Notes under the pieces: model-generated
What the model saw: only the letters and a program-made list of their open reading frames with translations
Databases searched by the model: none
Told to the model about the DNA's origin: nothing
Assembly (NCBI RefSeq): GCF_018977255.1
Contig: NW_024704761.1
Span: forward strand, 3,906,001 to 3,970,000
DNA: 64,000 nt
Origin: Callorhinchus milii
Taxonomy: Eukaryota
Direction of reading: 5' to 3'
Part shown: piece by piece, positions 63,497 to 64,000 of the stretch
How positions within the stretch are numbered: position 1 is the stretch's first letter
How the letters are laid out: the number at the start of each line of letters is the position of its first letter
Position numbers and translations under genes: made by a program

Positions 63497-63697
63497 CTAA
63501 TTCAGGCACAGATTTTCTAAGGCCCTCCTCGGTGTTTTACTAACTTTCTGATTGTCGAAGTGTTTCAAGTGGAGGGAAGTCTCGTCCTTTCTTCCCAGAT
63601 TTTCTTTTTCAGTCTTTCTCTGCAGCGGCTCCGATTCCCCAAAGTAGCAGCGCCTGCACGTGGCTCGGTATATGTCAGTCCCACCGATGACCTCCAC
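63497..63697 (-). CDS. TK1: Thymidine kinase 1, last coding exon (gene continues beyond the window)
   Basis: Acceptor cag|GTG, then VEVIGGTDIYRATCRRCY (lasso loop and Zn-binding CxxC) and a KEN box. Adjacent to SYNGR2. Confidence 0.9.
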   Translation of the reverse strand: MEVIGGTDIYRATCRRCYFGESEPLQRKTEKENLGRKDETSLHLKHFDNQKVSKTPRRALENLCLN

Positions 63698-64000
63698 CTG
63701 CCAGAGGGAACAACTGGTTAACCAGCTAGATACCCAGCCACACCTGAAACAATAAGTTATACTTACACAGCACCTTTCATGTCAGGAGGATGTTCCAAGG
63801 CGCGGAACAGTCGAGGTTTTGCACCCAAGCTGGGGTTGGAATCAAGAAGGGTAGCGGCCAAAGGGGGATGGAAGGATGACCGAATGCACGGTCAAGGAGG
63901 AAGCTCTTGAGATGGGCTTTGAAGGAGGCAGGTAGGTGGCGAAGCGAATGAGCTCCGGAGATGGCGTTCCGGAGATGGAGTTTGGAGGGTAGGGCGGACA

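Overview
Vertebrate genomic DNA, most likely from a cartilaginous fish (inferred from the repeat families: Deu-domain/tRNA SINEs with L2-type tails, shark-type CR1 3' ends, Penelope-like ends). I reconstructed seven intron-containing genes by hand from splice sites and reading frame, all with human orthologues on 17q25: BTBD17 (-), GPR142 (+), GPRC5C (+), CCDC137 (-), OXLD1 (+, with an apparent 1-nt frameshift), SYNGR2 (+) and the last exon of TK1 (-). Most short ORFs in the track are noise or antisense shadows. Main observations: (1) two copies of a Penelope-like repeat end each keep an intact minimal type-I hammerhead ribozyme, one on the sense strand of GPRC5C intron 1. (2) In that copy a single C/T difference at a CpG makes helix II a perfect IR1 nuclear-receptor element. 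(3) A SINE copy upstream of SYNGR2 is strongly AT-to-GC shifted. (4) The TK1 tail carries a KEN box plus a candidate D-box. (5) No CD300-like genes are recognisable next to GPRC5C. There is an assembly gap at 54608-54761. Gene identities rest on recalled protein similarity, not on a database search.
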